Of a stretch of DNA of 64,000 bases, positions 1 to 10,307 are shown piece by piece. Where the stretch lies: contig JBLNAX010000096.1 in NCBI GenBank assembly GCA_050259595.1, positions 2,734-66,733 on the forward strand, given 5' to 3'. The position numbers and the translations under genes are program-made. Origin of the DNA: Acidobacteriota bacterium (GTDB lineage Bacteria; Bacillota; Syntrophomonadia; Syntrophomonadales; DTU052). A model generated the notes under the pieces. The model saw only the letters and a list, made by a program, of their open reading frames with translations. It was not told the origin of the DNA and searched no databases. The first letter of the stretch is position 1, and each line of letters begins with the position of its first letter.

Positions 1-671
1 ACTCCCACAAAACCTAGAACCGGCCAGGGAAGCTCCTTCAATTCATTAGCTACCTCTATCGAATCATCGTTTGCTTTCTTAAAGTGACTGATATCTGCGG
101 CATTAGGCAGCAAGTGTATTTCCTCACACAGCGGTGCTTTATCGTTATAAAGTCCTTGTGCCGTAACAAATACAATATCAGCCTTGGCTAATAGCTTTCG
201 TTCCAAAGCCTTGACAGTCTCCGGGTCAAACCCCTGGTAAGCGGAATGTTCGTCTACGCAATCATAAACCACCAATTTTTCACCGAGACGACCGACCAAG
301 TCTGCACTGTTATGTAGATAGGTCCATAAAATGGGGTTCTTCATACCTAGCTGGCTGGCTGCTTTTCTTACGGAATGAGCTATCGGAATCTGATTTATAA
401 GATTTATTTCCTGGTGTTTATTGCCGAAGGGAAGGACTACTGGAGGGGATAACAAGAAAATGTTTTCACTAATCCGGCGAATACCTTCCCGCCAGCTCCG
501 CCACTTCTGCCAGCAAGCCGGGTCTTTAAACGGAGAAAGTATTGAAATCGGCGGCTCTACATAGAGGATACGATTCGAACGAGGCAACCGTGACATAACT
601 TGTTGTTTGCGAGTCCACAAAGGCTCCCAATCCACCGAAGATATGCAGATTATGTCCTGGTTTTCCAACAT
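1..671 (-). CDS. Glycosyltransferase, GT-B/GT4-like (TuaH-like); runs off the window start
   Basis: Absent from the ORF track; translated by hand from ATG at 671: MLENQDIICISSVDWEPLWTRKQQVMSRL...ILYVEPP...ILWTY...VVYDCVDEH...ADIVFVTA...LLPNAAD...VLGFVG, typical of TuaH-like glycosyltransferases. Confidence 0.85.
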   Translation of the reverse strand, partial: MLENQDIICISSVDWEPLWTRKQQVMSRLPRSNRILYVEPPISILSPFKDPACWQKWRSWREGIRRISENIFLLSPPVVLPFGNKHQEINLINQIPIAHSVRKAASQLGMKNPILWTYLHNSADLVGRLGEKLVVYDCVDEHSAYQGFDPETVKALERKLLAKADIVFVTAQGLYNDKAPLCEEIHLLPNAADISHFKKANDDSIEVANELKELPWPVLGFVG

Positions 672-1011
672 ACTCACCAGATACCTCGTTTCTATAATGA
701 GTTTATAATACATGCAAATTAGTTTATGCTCCATTATAGTGGATGCAAATGTTGGTTTGTGTCGATTGTCTCATCAATTGCTGGTTAATTCAATCTTAAG
801 ATACTGTAAAAAAGCCCGCTAAATGGGAATATCAGTCTTGCCTAACTCGCATCGTTGGAATTCTGGTAAATCCGTACATAGAAAAGAGAAAGCAATAACA
901 GCTCCAATGCCCAACTATCAGGCATTCGACACAGACTCGTCTGGATCTTGAATATTGACATGTGTGGAGATACCTTAAGGAGTCTACATGCAGAGGAAAC
1001 GAGGGTGGAAC

Positions 1012-1046
1012 AAAACTGACTCCCCATCAGGTGAGGAGTCAGTTCT
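1012..1046 (-). terminator. Intrinsic terminator after the Q-rich gene
   Basis: Stem AACTGACTCC/GGAGTCAGTT followed by a T-run on the minus strand. Confidence 0.6.
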
Positions 1047-1126
1047 TTGTGAGCATACAGTTGCAATTTGATCAACATTACCTTAGTTTGGCTAGATCTA
1101 GATTTAATCAATCTTAGGAAGATTAT

Positions 1127-1516
1127 TTAGCTTGTTTGGTTATTGTTGTTGTGATCGGAATTACCAGCTTGGTTACTTGTATTGTTGGAATTCGATGAGT
1201 TGATGTGGGACATTCCGGCATCTACGGCCATAGCTGCAGGCATTGCTGATGCCAGCATCATCTCCGCAGGCAGTAGGGCAGCAGCAATCGCCCAGTTTTG
1301 CGACCCGAGCTGCATCATTTGATTAAGATTTTGATTCATTTTCTGACTTATACCGGTATTCTGTCCCTGCTGACCTTGTCTTTGTTGACTCTGACCTGAC
1401 TGGCTTTGGGTTTGCTGGTCCTGGTCCTGCTCATGCTGAGTTTGCCATTGTTGGTTCTCGGGGTTAGAAGCTTTTACAATGATCACATCACTGGTTGTAT
1501 GAATTTCTTTGTTCAT
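1127..1516 (-). CDS. Gln/Asn-rich low-complexity hypothetical protein
   Basis: 129 aa, AAAGGAG RBS upstream, own terminator; Q-rich N-half, Met/Ala-rich hydrophobic middle, N-rich tail. Confidence 0.7.
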   Translation of the reverse strand: MNKEIHTTSDVIIVKASNPENQQWQTQHEQDQDQQTQSQSGQSQQRQGQQGQNTGISQKMNQNLNQMMQLGSQNWAIAAALLPAEMMLASAMPAAMAVDAGMSHINSSNSNNTSNQAGNSDHNNNNQTS

Positions 1517-1861
1517 AGTGGCTCCTTTCGTTTTAATGAATCGATAAGGCCACTATTATCATTTGTAAGTGCGTGTAAACTGATAACGTCAGTTTTTGTT
1601 AAGGCAGCAAAATATAGATAACTCCTTAAAATGTTGAGGTATTCATGGGTTTAGAGACATACAATTCCATTTATAAAAATTAATTAAAATCACTTTCCAA
1701 CTGCTATGGCCAGTGGCTCGCACCAATCATAGGCCGGGTTTTCACAATGATCCTATCCCGTGGACTATGCCAAACTAATCAGCTTCGTCTATGAGGCTGA
1801 CGAAAGATAATATATCTTGATCGTGTTCAGGAATGTACTGCTCAACACAACAGCTTAATGC

Positions 1862-2608
1862 TCATCTTACATAATATAGAGGCTGGCGATAAGCCTTTGT
1901 AGCCTCACCTTGTGTTATAAAACCGCATTCCAGCATATTTATGAGCACCTCACGCTGTCGGCTTTTGGCTTTATCGGGATGAACAAACGGTGAATAGCCG
2001 CTTGGGGCCTTTACCAGCCCGGCTAGAAGTGCACATTCAGGCAGACTCAAGTTCTTCACGTCCTTGCCAAAATAGGTTTTTGCAGCTGCTCCTACTCCCC
2101 AGGCCCCGGCCCCAAAGTATATCCTGTTTAAATAAAAATGCATGATCTGCTCTTTTGAATAACGATGTTCGAGCTGCAAAGCCAGACTTATTTCCTGTAT
2201 CTTTCTAGTCCAGGTCTTTTCTTGAGTTAGGAATGCATTGCGGGCCAATTGCTGGGTGATCGTGCTGGCACCCTGGGCTTTGCTGCCAGATAGGATATCG
2301 ATAAACAGGGCTTTGGCCATGCGGGCAGGATTGATTCCTTGATGCTCATAGAAAGCCCTATCTTCAGTAGCTAAAAAGGCGTTTATCAAGTCCTGCGGGA
2401 CCTCACTCAATGGGACTTGGATCGGATTATAAGCCTCGGAAGTCTGTAGTTTTTCTGGATCCCAATCGGGCACATGAAGTGTTGCTCCAAAAGTGATTCC
2501 GATAGCAATGCATCCTACTATGAATGCTATAGTCCAGAAAAATCCTCTGCTAGTAATCAAGGAAGTACTGTTTTTCATCGGCTTCTTCCGAGGGTTGGAC
2601 ATATTCAA
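1862..2608 (-). CDS. Monofunctional peptidoglycan transglycosylase (GT51 domain only)
   Basis: N-terminal TM; motifs EDRAFYEHQGIN, GASTITQQLARN, RKIQE, KEQIMHFYLN; no transpeptidase domain. Confidence 0.9.
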   Translation of the reverse strand: MNMSNPRKKPMKNSTSLITSRGFFWTIAFIVGCIAIGITFGATLHVPDWDPEKLQTSEAYNPIQVPLSEVPQDLINAFLATEDRAFYEHQGINPARMAKALFIDILSGSKAQGASTITQQLARNAFLTQEKTWTRKIQEISLALQLEHRYSKEQIMHFYLNRIYFGAGAWGVGAAAKTYFGKDVKNLSLPECALLAGLVKAPSGYSPFVHPDKAKSRQREVLINMLECGFITQGEATKAYRQPLYYVR

Positions 2609-2987
2609 CTCTCCCTAAAAGAATTTTCAAGATTAGTATTACCCAGGCTGAGAATGAAAACTGATTATTAGAGATGGATTCTCTTTTTTAACGCAATTAA
2701 ACGGATTCTTGAGCACTTTGAGCATGATGCTAGAAGTCGTCCGGCCAGAATTCCGCGGCTTAATAGGTGATTGATCTTTCCTCTGTCAAACATCACGTCA
2801 AATTCCTGCCAATATTCTAAAACCATACAAATTATAATAATATTGCTATAAAAACAGCTTCTGGTATCCTTATATATGGAGATGGATATTGCTAATATTT
2901 GGCGATGAAGGATCAGATGACAGGCCTGTGCACTGTGTTTATTGGACATTGGCCCAGTCTATTCCTAATACTTATTGAGGTGATATT

Positions 2988-3650
2988 ATGAACTGTTGCC
3001 GGTGTGAAGCATCAACAGAGCCTAAATTGATTGATTTTATGCTGTTCAATCTATCAGGACGCAATATATACCAGAGCCAGGGGAAGACTTACATTGAGAG
3101 TAGGTCTTCGCAGTTTGTTTCAAGCTTGATATCGGTCTTATTTCTCTCGTTTACCGTGGTAATGTGGTTCATGATAACAGAGGGAATCAAAGGTTTGGTT
3201 GCGGTATTGATCGGCCTCATAGCCTTGGTATTATGGTGGTTCGTGGATAAAACATTTGCCTGGTATGCCCTGAAATTCAATTCGGTTATCGTCAATGAGC
3301 CCGAGGCAGGAATTCAGGTATTGGACCTGCCATGGTTATGGGAGTTTTATTTACGCAGTGTATCAAAAAAATACATTTATATGTGCGGACAATGTGGAGC
3401 CGTCTACAGTGAAATTGATTCTGATGCATCACTTCTGGCATTGTTGAGCGGGGGGGCATTTGTTGGATTATTATATGCGGTGCGGAAGTACATCTTACAT
3501 ATGGCTGCAGTCCCCTCCTGGAGCAGGGGTTTGATGGCCTTAGCTGCTATAATGATTGCATTTGTATTGTTCGAGGCGCTCCACTGGACCTTGATCAAAC
3601 CATCCAAAGCCAGCTTACAGGAATCTTCAGGGGTGACTGCTTACCAGTAA
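2988..3650 (+). CDS. Hypothetical membrane protein with two Cys clusters
   Basis: GAGGTG RBS; about 4 TM segments; CCRC at the N-terminus and CGQC internally. Confidence 0.7.
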   Translation: MNCCRCEASTEPKLIDFMLFNLSGRNIYQSQGKTYIESRSSQFVSSLISVLFLSFTVVMWFMITEGIKGLVAVLIGLIALVLWWFVDKTFAWYALKFNSVIVNEPEAGIQVLDLPWLWEFYLRSVSKKYIYMCGQCGAVYSEIDSDASLLALLSGGAFVGLLYAVRKYILHMAAVPSWSRGLMALAAIMIAFVLFEALHWTLIKPSKASLQESSGVTAYQ

Positions 3651-4600
3651 ACGCTGCGGGCAGCTTTGCGGGCTTTTTTGTTCTCATACATCAGGGTATC
3701 AGCCAGCGACATCAAGTCGTCCAGCGAACATGGGTTGAGAGGATCGAACATGGCTGATCCTATACTCATTGCCACCTTGTACTTTCTCAGGTTTTGCTCG
3801 TTAAAGCTTTCGATGTTATGCTGCAGACGGTTAGTGATGACCTCCGCCTGCTCACTATCACTATCAACTGCCAGTGCGGCAAATTCATCCCCACCCAGAC
3901 GAGCGATTATATCGGACACCCTGAAGCTTGATTTGAGTAGATGTGCTGTGTCTATCAGAAGATTATCGCCCTCTTCATGGCCCATGTTATCATTGACCCA
4001 CTTCATCCCATCCAAATCGATGTAAAACAAATAAATAGGCTTTTTACTGCGGTTGGCTATTTTTATCTGTTGTTCCACCAGGGAGATAAAGCCGCGCCGG
4101 TTGTTCAGGCCGGTCAGCTGATCGGTTATCGCCATTATCTGCAGTTGGTCGTTGACTGACTGCAGTTTTTGTATCAGTTGATTCTGAATATCCCGTGATC
4201 TTTTCAGTTCCAGGTGAGTACGCACCCGGGCCCGTAATTCTACATCATTAAAGGGTTTGGTCACATAATCGACCGCCCCCGCTTCAAAACCTTTAACTAC
4301 AGAATCTGTGGTGTTGCTGGCAGTGATCAGAATAACCGCGATATCGCTGGTCTGTGCAGATTCCTTGAGCTTTTCGCACACTTCGAAGCCGTCCATATCA
4401 GGCATGACAAGATCGAGCAGTATCAGATCAGGCGGATTCTCGGAACTTTTCTCCAAAGCCTGTTTGCCGTTCATGGCCACCGCGATTTCACATTCCTCTT
4501 CGCTTAGAACGTTCGAAAGCAGCTTCAGGTTCATGCGCGAATCATCCACGATCAGAACCAGCGGTTTATTTCTGATTTCGATAACCTTGTCACTGAGCAT
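3641..4600 (-). CDS. Response-regulator diguanylate cyclase (REC-GGDEF)
   Basis: LIVDD, LILLDLVMPDMDG and DYVTKPF receiver motifs; DQLTGLNNRR and ARLGGDEF. Confidence 0.95.
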   Translation of the reverse strand: MLSDKVIEIRNKPLVLIVDDSRMNLKLLSNVLSEEECEIAVAMNGKQALEKSSENPPDLILLDLVMPDMDGFEVCEKLKESAQTSDIAVILITASNTTDSVVKGFEAGAVDYVTKPFNDVELRARVRTHLELKRSRDIQNQLIQKLQSVNDQLQIMAITDQLTGLNNRRGFISLVEQQIKIANRSKKPIYLFYIDLDGMKWVNDNMGHEEGDNLLIDTAHLLKSSFRVSDIIARLGGDEFAALAVDSDSEQAEVITNRLQHNIESFNEQNLRKYKVAMSIGSAMFDPLNPCSLDDLMSLADTLMYENKKARKAARSVYW

Positions 4601-4668
4601 GTCGGCGATCCTTCCTCGCTAAAGACTGATCAAACTTACACTTAATCTGAATATTTGTACCTTATATC

Positions 4669-4696
4669 ATTTGACGATGGTTTAGAATTCTCCTGC
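4669..4696 (-). promoter_or_regulatory. SigH-like promoter of the diguanylate cyclase gene
   Basis: GCAGGAGAA...GTCAAAT on the minus strand; 18 nt between AGGA and AAAT. Confidence 0.45.
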
Positions 4697-4830
4697 ATTT
4701 AGCAGAATCAAAGTTTCTTAAGCGAATTTGATTTGACAGTAACAGGGAAATGGGCGATATTGGCTATATATTATATAATTGTAATAATGAACAACGGGAT
4801 TAAAATGCTGTGGAGATGAGGTGTAAAGTT

Positions 4831-6591
4831 TTGACCAAGCGTATTCTTGCTATGTTTATGGTAGGTTTTCTGGTTTTGATGGGGCCTATGGCCTGGGTAG
4901 CCTACGGCTATACTCCTGTTCCGACGGCTCCAACGAATCTGAGGCAGACTGGTGTTTCGGATACGACTGTTAAACTGGCCTGGGATTATACTGGCACGGT
5001 TGTGATTTCTAGCTTTGATATCTTCCGCGCGCCCGAGGGATCGTATACTTGGACGAAGATCGGAACGGTCGATGCTAGTACTTTGACAATCAAGGATACC
5101 GGATTAACTCCCGGAACAACTTATTGCTATGTGGTAACTGCGGTCAATGGAGCGGGGAGTTCACCTTATTCCAGCCAATGCAGTGCGACAACGACTATTC
5201 CCTCCCTGCCACCACCACCGACCGCGCCTCCCGCTGCGCCAACAACTATGGTTTGTACTACTGTATCAACAACCCAGATTAATGTGCACTGGACTGATAA
5301 TTCAAGCGATGAGACAGGTTTTATTGTTGACCGAACGTTTTGGAACGGCACCGCTACGGTTGACGATTCGATAGGACGCGTGTTTCCAGCCAATACGCAG
5401 GATATATCTGACACTGGTTTGGTTGGGGGGCGGGAGTACGAGTATCGTATCAGGGCTACTAATTCCGCCGGAAACTCTTCGTATTTGGATGGTTTCGCCC
5501 AAACAGTCGTGACTGCTCCAGGTCCGATTACTGGGTTCCGGGCTGTAGTAGCCAGTGGGCCAGTCGTAAACCTAAGCTGGGATCCAGTGCCAAATGGAAT
5601 AGGTTTTTATATAGGGCGTAGAACAGCCGGGGATCCGTCTTCCATATTCCCAGGTCATTCTGTAATAAATCTTACTTCAACCAGCTGTACGGATAACTCG
5701 GATCTTACCCCAGGAACGACCTATCAATACGAATTAATGGCACGCAATCGGGTCGGAGATACGAGATCATCATCAGTTAGCGTGACTATCCCTGCTGCAG
5801 GCAGTAGCGGAGTTCCGGCAGCACCTTCGAATTTTACCGCGACCTTAAACTCGGCCGGCAGGATAGCCTTGCACTGGCAGGATAACTCCAGTGATGAGGG
5901 TGGTTTCAGGATATACAAGAAAACTAATGGTTCAGCATATGACTATTGGTACCTGGAACTGAACAACGTGCAGAGTGACCTGGATTCTGAGGTCACACCC
6001 GGCAATACCTATCAATATAGAGTTCAGGCAGTTAGAGGCACGACTGTTTCTGATTGGGTTTACTCCAATATTGTCACAGTTCCGGCTGCCACCACGACTA
6101 CACCACCTTCGACTACGCCAGGAACAACACCATCAGGGACACCAGGGACAAGTAGCGGAGGGACTGCGCCTTCAACGGGGTCAACTGCAGGAACCAAAGT
6201 TATAAGATTCTATGTAGGCTCCTGTGAATATTACGTAAATGACGTCCTTTATACCATGGATACCGCACCGGTCATCAAGGACGGTCGCACCCTCCTTCCC
6301 ATCAAATATGTGGCTGAACAGGTAGGCGCCACGGTGGGCTGGGACTCCGGCACTCGTCGAGCATCTATATCCACCGCTGCGGATGTTATCTGGATGTGGA
6401 TCGGCCGCAATACGGCTCAGGTCAATGGTGTAAATGTGCCTATCGATCCGGCTAATTCACTGGTAAAGCCGATAACCGTGCCACCGGGGCGGACTCTGCT
6501 GCCATTGCGTTTTGTTGCTGAGAAGCTCAACTGTAAATTAGATTGGAACCCGATTACAAAGGAGATAAAGCTTACTTATCCCAAGCCGTAG
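4831..6591 (+). CDS. Secreted protein: four fibronectin type III domains, Thr/Pro/Gly linker, C-terminal copper-amine-oxidase-N (stalk) domain
   Basis: Signal peptide; repeats PxAPxNL...W...LTPGTTYxYxVxAxN; C-terminal APVIKDGRTLLPIKYVAE and GRTLLPLRFVAE; TTG start at 4831 after GAGGTG (ORF track start 4810). Confidence 0.9.
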   Translation: MTKRILAMFMVGFLVLMGPMAWVAYGYTPVPTAPTNLRQTGVSDTTVKLAWDYTGTVVISSFDIFRAPEGSYTWTKIGTVDASTLTIKDTGLTPGTTYCYVVTAVNGAGSSPYSSQCSATTTIPSLPPPPTAPPAAPTTMVCTTVSTTQINVHWTDNSSDETGFIVDRTFWNGTATVDDSIGRVFPANTQDISDTGLVGGREYEYRIRATNSAGNSSYLDGFAQTVVTAPGPITGFRAVVASGPVVNLSWDPVPNGIGFYIGRRTAGDPSSIFPGHSVINLTSTSCTDNSDLTPGTTYQYELMARNRVGDTRSSSVSVTIPAAGSSGVPAAPSNFTATLNSAGRIALHWQDNSSDEGGFRIYKKTNGSAYDYWYLELNNVQSDLDSEVTPGNTYQYRVQAVRGTTVSDWVYSNIVTVPAATTTTPPSTTPGTTPSGTPGTSSGGTAPSTGSTAGTKVIRFYVGSCEYYVNDVLYTMDTAPVIKDGRTLLPIKYVAEQVGATVGWDSGTRRASISTAADVIWMWIGRNTAQVNGVNVPIDPANSLVKPITVPPGRTLLPLRFVAEKLNCKLDWNPITKEIKLTYPKP

Positions 6592-6626
6592 GATGTAATG
6601 AGAAGTCAACAAATAAAGGTATAATT

Positions 6627-6652
6627 AAAAGGCCGCTGAACAAGCGGCCTTT
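6627..6652. terminator. Bidirectional terminator
   Basis: AAAAGGCCGCT-GAACA-AGCGGCCTTT between convergent genes. Confidence 0.7.
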
Positions 6653-6654
6653 AT

Positions 6655-7185
6655 TCATGCCAACAAACTTATAACCAGCTTGGGTACCAGTGTTACAACA
6701 AGAACACCGTATATAAGGTCTAACCAAAAGAATGAGCCCAGTGCACAGATATAAAGAAGCCCTACTATGGGTTTTCCTATAAATCGGGCAATTGGAGAAG
6801 CCCCAGAATGATTGATGGCCTTCCGGACTTCTTTGGCATCGCCAAGGCTGGGGAAGGAATGCATGGCAATTGATGCAGCTAACCATATAAGAAAGATGTC
6901 TAATATGTGTATTGAATCCAGGTTTAAGTACCTGTAGACGGACGGGAATGCAATTAGAATCCCTGTCAAAGTATTCACGGACATTGGCCCCAGGCCGATT
7001 ATTAGGCTCTGATATGAGGTTTTGGGATTTTCGTGAACTATGTAACCAGCAGGAGTGTCAAAACGGAAATAGCAGACCTCATAAACAGCTAATCCACACA
7101 GCTTGCAGAACAATAGATGAGCTAATTCGTGGACTATGACCCCGGGAAAAGTAAATAACGATATTACCGAGCCAGGTATGAACAT
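6655..7185 (-). CDS. Membrane zinc metalloprotease-like protein (HExxH zincin, DUF3267-like)
   Basis: FPGVIVHELAHLLFC, GYIVHE, several TM helices, FPSLGD. Confidence 0.75.
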   Translation of the reverse strand: MFIPGSVISLFTFPGVIVHELAHLLFCKLCGLAVYEVCYFRFDTPAGYIVHENPKTSYQSLIIGLGPMSVNTLTGILIAFPSVYRYLNLDSIHILDIFLIWLAASIAMHSFPSLGDAKEVRKAINHSGASPIARFIGKPIVGLLYICALGSFFWLDLIYGVLVVTLVPKLVISLLA

Positions 7186-7332
7186 AGGAATTCCCCCTTA
7201 GTATTATTTACTCTATTTAATTTAGAAAGTAAATTGGTTTAGTTGATTTCCAAAATGAATTTGAGATATTTATTCTACACATGGAGTTAATCGATTATAA
7301 TAAACAACATAAACAACTTAATAACTTGGGAA

Positions 7333-7493
7333 ACCGGTACCCGTGCCTAAGTCAGGCCGGGTAAAAGGGAAAGCGGTGTGATTCCGCTGCAGTTTATCCC
7401 CTACTGTGATCGCGACCAAACCTGCGTTTGCCACTGGATTATTCCGGGAAGGTGCAGGGAGTAGGATGAGCGAAAGCCAGGAGACCTGCCGGT
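7333..7493 (+). ncRNA. Cobalamin riboswitch
   Basis: AAAAGGGAAAGCGGTGTGATTCCGC, CCCCTACTGTGA, GCCACTG...GGGAAGG and the B12 box AGCCAGGAGACCTGCC; lies upstream of the B12 uptake genes. Confidence 0.95.
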
Positions 7494-7562
7494 GATTCTT
7501 AAGTACTCTATCTTCCGGGATGAGAAGGGGGACTGTTATGGTGTCATACTATACCTGACAAG

Positions 7563-7590
7563 ACCGCGCCGGGAAGGGGCGGCTTTTTTA
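7563..7590 (+). terminator. Riboswitch attenuator terminator
   Basis: CCGCGCCGGGAAGGGGCGG followed by TTTTTT; upstream TCTTCCGG (about 7511) could act as antiterminator. Confidence 0.7.
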
Positions 7591-7631
7591 TTGGCATTTA
7601 CTGATCAAAAAGAGATAAGGATGGTTGATCG

Positions 7632-8882
7632 ATGTTAAGAGTCAAGAGTGGTTTATGGAAGCCGGGCATAGTTAGCCTGATATTATTGTTGATTATGGGG
7701 ATAATGGTTCCCCAGACTATAGCTGCAACGACGGCGGATGATGTCAATTATTCACTGCGTAAGGCGGTCGACTATTATTATGATTCTGGAAAAACCTTAG
7801 ATTGGATGTACGCCCTGGGTTTAGGTTCCGCGGGAGATGCCGGGGCTATGAGATATGATGTGGGTAGTCCAGACTTCTCAAAGTTGACTGATGCTGAAAA
7901 CAGATTGATGGGGCTAGTTGCGGCCCAAAGAGATGTGACAGCTGTTTCAGTTAATGGCGAGGTATACAACCTGGTGCAGATTATTGCCAGCAGCCAGAAG
8001 CCGGACGGACATTTCGGCGGGCCGGGCGCCACACTCAACAACACGTTATGGGCTGTGATCGCCCTCGATATGGCTGCTAATAATGGTGTATCAAGTGCAG
8101 TCTACAGTTATGATGCAGACAAGGCTCTTGATTACATATCAGGTAAACAGTGTGCAGATGGAGGGTTTGACGAGAGCGGGTGGGGCGAAGACGCGGACTC
8201 TACAGCTCATGTCCTGCTGGCTATAGCTCCGCACGTGACATCTGACAGCCAGATAATAACCAAAGCTCTAAATTATTTAAGCAGTAAGCAGCTTCCCTCC
8301 GGTGGTATCGATAACTGGGGCGAGAACCCCTCCAGCACTGCGGCAGTCATAGAAGCCCTTGTGGCTCTGGGCAAGGACCCACAGGGATCTGAATGGACTA
8401 AAGACGGGCATAACCTGGTCGGTAGTCTGCTTAGCTACCAGACTGCTACTGGTGGATTCATTCAGACTACTAACTGGGGACCGGTCGACCACACAGCTTT
8501 TGCTTTGTTGGCATTGACCGATCTGGCTAGCTGTAAGTCCAAATACCAGCATCAGTTCGTCATCACTCCTTGCGATATTCATCTGGCTGTCGATTCAACT
8601 GCCACTCTAGTGGCTGGATCCGATGCTGACTTGACGGTTAGAGTTGCCAATGTTTCAGGGAACAACAAGCCAGTACTCGTGATCGCTGTACTATATAATT
8701 CATCAGGTAAAATGGAGCGTTACTCTTATGCTAGCCATGAGATTGCCGCCGGAACAACTCAGGGCTTTGGCCTTGGGTTTGGGCTACCGGTTGGCACAGG
8801 CTATAAGGTTAAGGTTATGGTCTGGGATTCATGGCAAAATCGGCAGCCCCTGTGCAGTGCCGTAACCATTCCGGTCAATTAG
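7632..8882 (+). CDS. Secreted prenyltransferase/squalene-oxidase-repeat (alpha/alpha barrel) protein with C-terminal Ig-like domain
   Basis: Signal peptide; repeats SQKPDGHF, KQCADGGF, KQLPSGGI, YQTATGGF; DSTAHVLLA/STAAVIEAL; C-terminal KVMVWDSW..PL. Confidence 0.85.
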   Translation: MLRVKSGLWKPGIVSLILLLIMGIMVPQTIAATTADDVNYSLRKAVDYYYDSGKTLDWMYALGLGSAGDAGAMRYDVGSPDFSKLTDAENRLMGLVAAQRDVTAVSVNGEVYNLVQIIASSQKPDGHFGGPGATLNNTLWAVIALDMAANNGVSSAVYSYDADKALDYISGKQCADGGFDESGWGEDADSTAHVLLAIAPHVTSDSQIITKALNYLSSKQLPSGGIDNWGENPSSTAAVIEALVALGKDPQGSEWTKDGHNLVGSLLSYQTATGGFIQTTNWGPVDHTAFALLALTDLASCKSKYQHQFVITPCDIHLAVDSTATLVAGSDADLTVRVANVSGNNKPVLVIAVLYNSSGKMERYSYASHEIAAGTTQGFGLGFGLPVGTGYKVKVMVWDSWQNRQPLCSAVTIPVN

Positions 8883-8885
8883 GAG

Positions 8886-10262
8886 GTGCGGTCGATGAAA
8901 CCCAGATGGATAATAACTTGGATATTAGCACTGATACTGATCCTTCAGAGTGTCGCCAGTGTTGCTGCACTTAGCACCCTACAGGTAGAGAGCAAGCCTG
9001 GTAAACTGACTGTTTCTGGCCAGGCGAACGCTAACACTCAGGTCGCTCTGACGGTGACCGACCAGATATATGGTGGACGAAAATACCTGGGACAGGTCAA
9101 GGCTGATAACAATGGCAGCTTTTCTGTTGATGTGCCGTTAGAGATAGGCAGCTACCGTATTTTTGCCACTGGGTCCAGTATAAATCATGAAACAACAGCT
9201 TCAGTTAGTGTCACTGACAGTTCCTCTTTACCGTCGGGTGACGGGGGTGGTGGCAACAATCAACAGGCAATGACGTTATCCATTCAAGTGACCGGCGATA
9301 GCCAGCGTGGAGTAATGCTGGGGCGAACCGTGAAGACCTATCCGAAGGGGACTCTTAAAACGGCGCTGGATCTGCTGCGTGATACCTTGACAGCTGCCGG
9401 GATCAACTATGTTGTAGACGGAAATGGCTATGTAAAAGCAATCGGCGGGTTAAAGGAATTCGATCGGGGAGCCAACAGTGGTTGGCTATACTATGTGAAT
9501 AACACTTCACCTCCCGTGGGAGCAGATAATTGTACCGTTAATGATGGTGATTATGTTGAGTTCAGGTATGTCATTGACGGATTGGCAGGCGATCAATTCA
9601 ACATGGGGGGCGGTGGAATACCGGACCCGATAAAACAAGACACAAATAAACCTGCCCAACCGCTCACAACCTCTACAGAGAAAACAGTGAGCAGTCCGGC
9701 CAGCACGGGCGACTGGGCCAATCAGGCACTCAGTGAACTCATACGACGTGGAATCATAAAGAGTGATGCCAAGGATTTTCAACCCAAAAGGGCTATAACC
9801 CGGGCTGAGTTTGTCTCATTGCTTTATCGCGCTCAGGCCTTTAAAACCCCCGCCGATTCCGAACCATCATTCACTGATGTCAAACCAGGCAGTTGGTGCC
9901 ATGAGGCGGTTGAGGGTGCTGCTCAGGCTGGAATCATTGGAGGTTTCAGTGATGGAACTTTTAAACCGAACCAACCGTTGACCCGCTACCAGGCGGCGGC
10001 TATACTGCGCAATTTAGGCGATATAAAGGCTACCAGCAATAAGAAGCCATCTGATCATGGCCAGATACCGGAATGGGCGCAGCCCGGAGTAGTTTATGTT
10101 TTCAATACGGGTCTAATGGGAGGATATCCCGGAGGAGTGTTCCGTGGCGAAGGTAAGATAACCCGGGCGGAGGCGGCAGCCTTGCTGGTAAATTATTTGA
10201 ATGCTAAGATCCCAACTGCAACTCCGCAGGGCAGTAGCCAATCGTCGAGAGCTAGTAAGTAG
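8886..10262 (+). CDS. S-layer protein: N-terminal Ig-like domain, DUF4430 (transcobalamin beta-like) domain, three SLH domains
   Basis: YVKAIGGLKEFDRGANSGWLYYVN...VGADNCTVNDGDYVEFRY; SLH motifs ITRAEFV, FKPNQPLTRYQAA, ITRAEAA. Confidence 0.9.
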   Translation: MRSMKPRWIITWILALILILQSVASVAALSTLQVESKPGKLTVSGQANANTQVALTVTDQIYGGRKYLGQVKADNNGSFSVDVPLEIGSYRIFATGSSINHETTASVSVTDSSSLPSGDGGGGNNQQAMTLSIQVTGDSQRGVMLGRTVKTYPKGTLKTALDLLRDTLTAAGINYVVDGNGYVKAIGGLKEFDRGANSGWLYYVNNTSPPVGADNCTVNDGDYVEFRYVIDGLAGDQFNMGGGGIPDPIKQDTNKPAQPLTTSTEKTVSSPASTGDWANQALSELIRRGIIKSDAKDFQPKRAITRAEFVSLLYRAQAFKTPADSEPSFTDVKPGSWCHEAVEGAAQAGIIGGFSDGTFKPNQPLTRYQAAAILRNLGDIKATSNKKPSDHGQIPEWAQPGVVYVFNTGLMGGYPGGVFRGEGKITRAEAAALLVNYLNAKIPTATPQGSSQSSRASK

Positions 10263-10307
10263 AGTTAAACCATATCGTTAGTTTGCTTGGAGGTAGGATC
10301 GTAAAGT

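Noticed and set aside
842-1111. 89-aa ORF in the track
   Set aside because: No RBS, no recognisable motif, and it spans a terminator hairpin; probably spurious.
1695-1810. GC-richer intergenic stretch with hairpins, superficially like a hammerhead (CTATGAG...CGAAA) or a riboswitch
   Set aside because: The hammerhead core CUGAUGA/GAAA with three stems is not satisfied and I could not match any riboswitch consensus; an Infernal search would be needed.
2668-2949. 93-aa ORF in the track
   Set aside because: Lies in an AT-rich divergent promoter region, has no RBS and non-protein-like composition.
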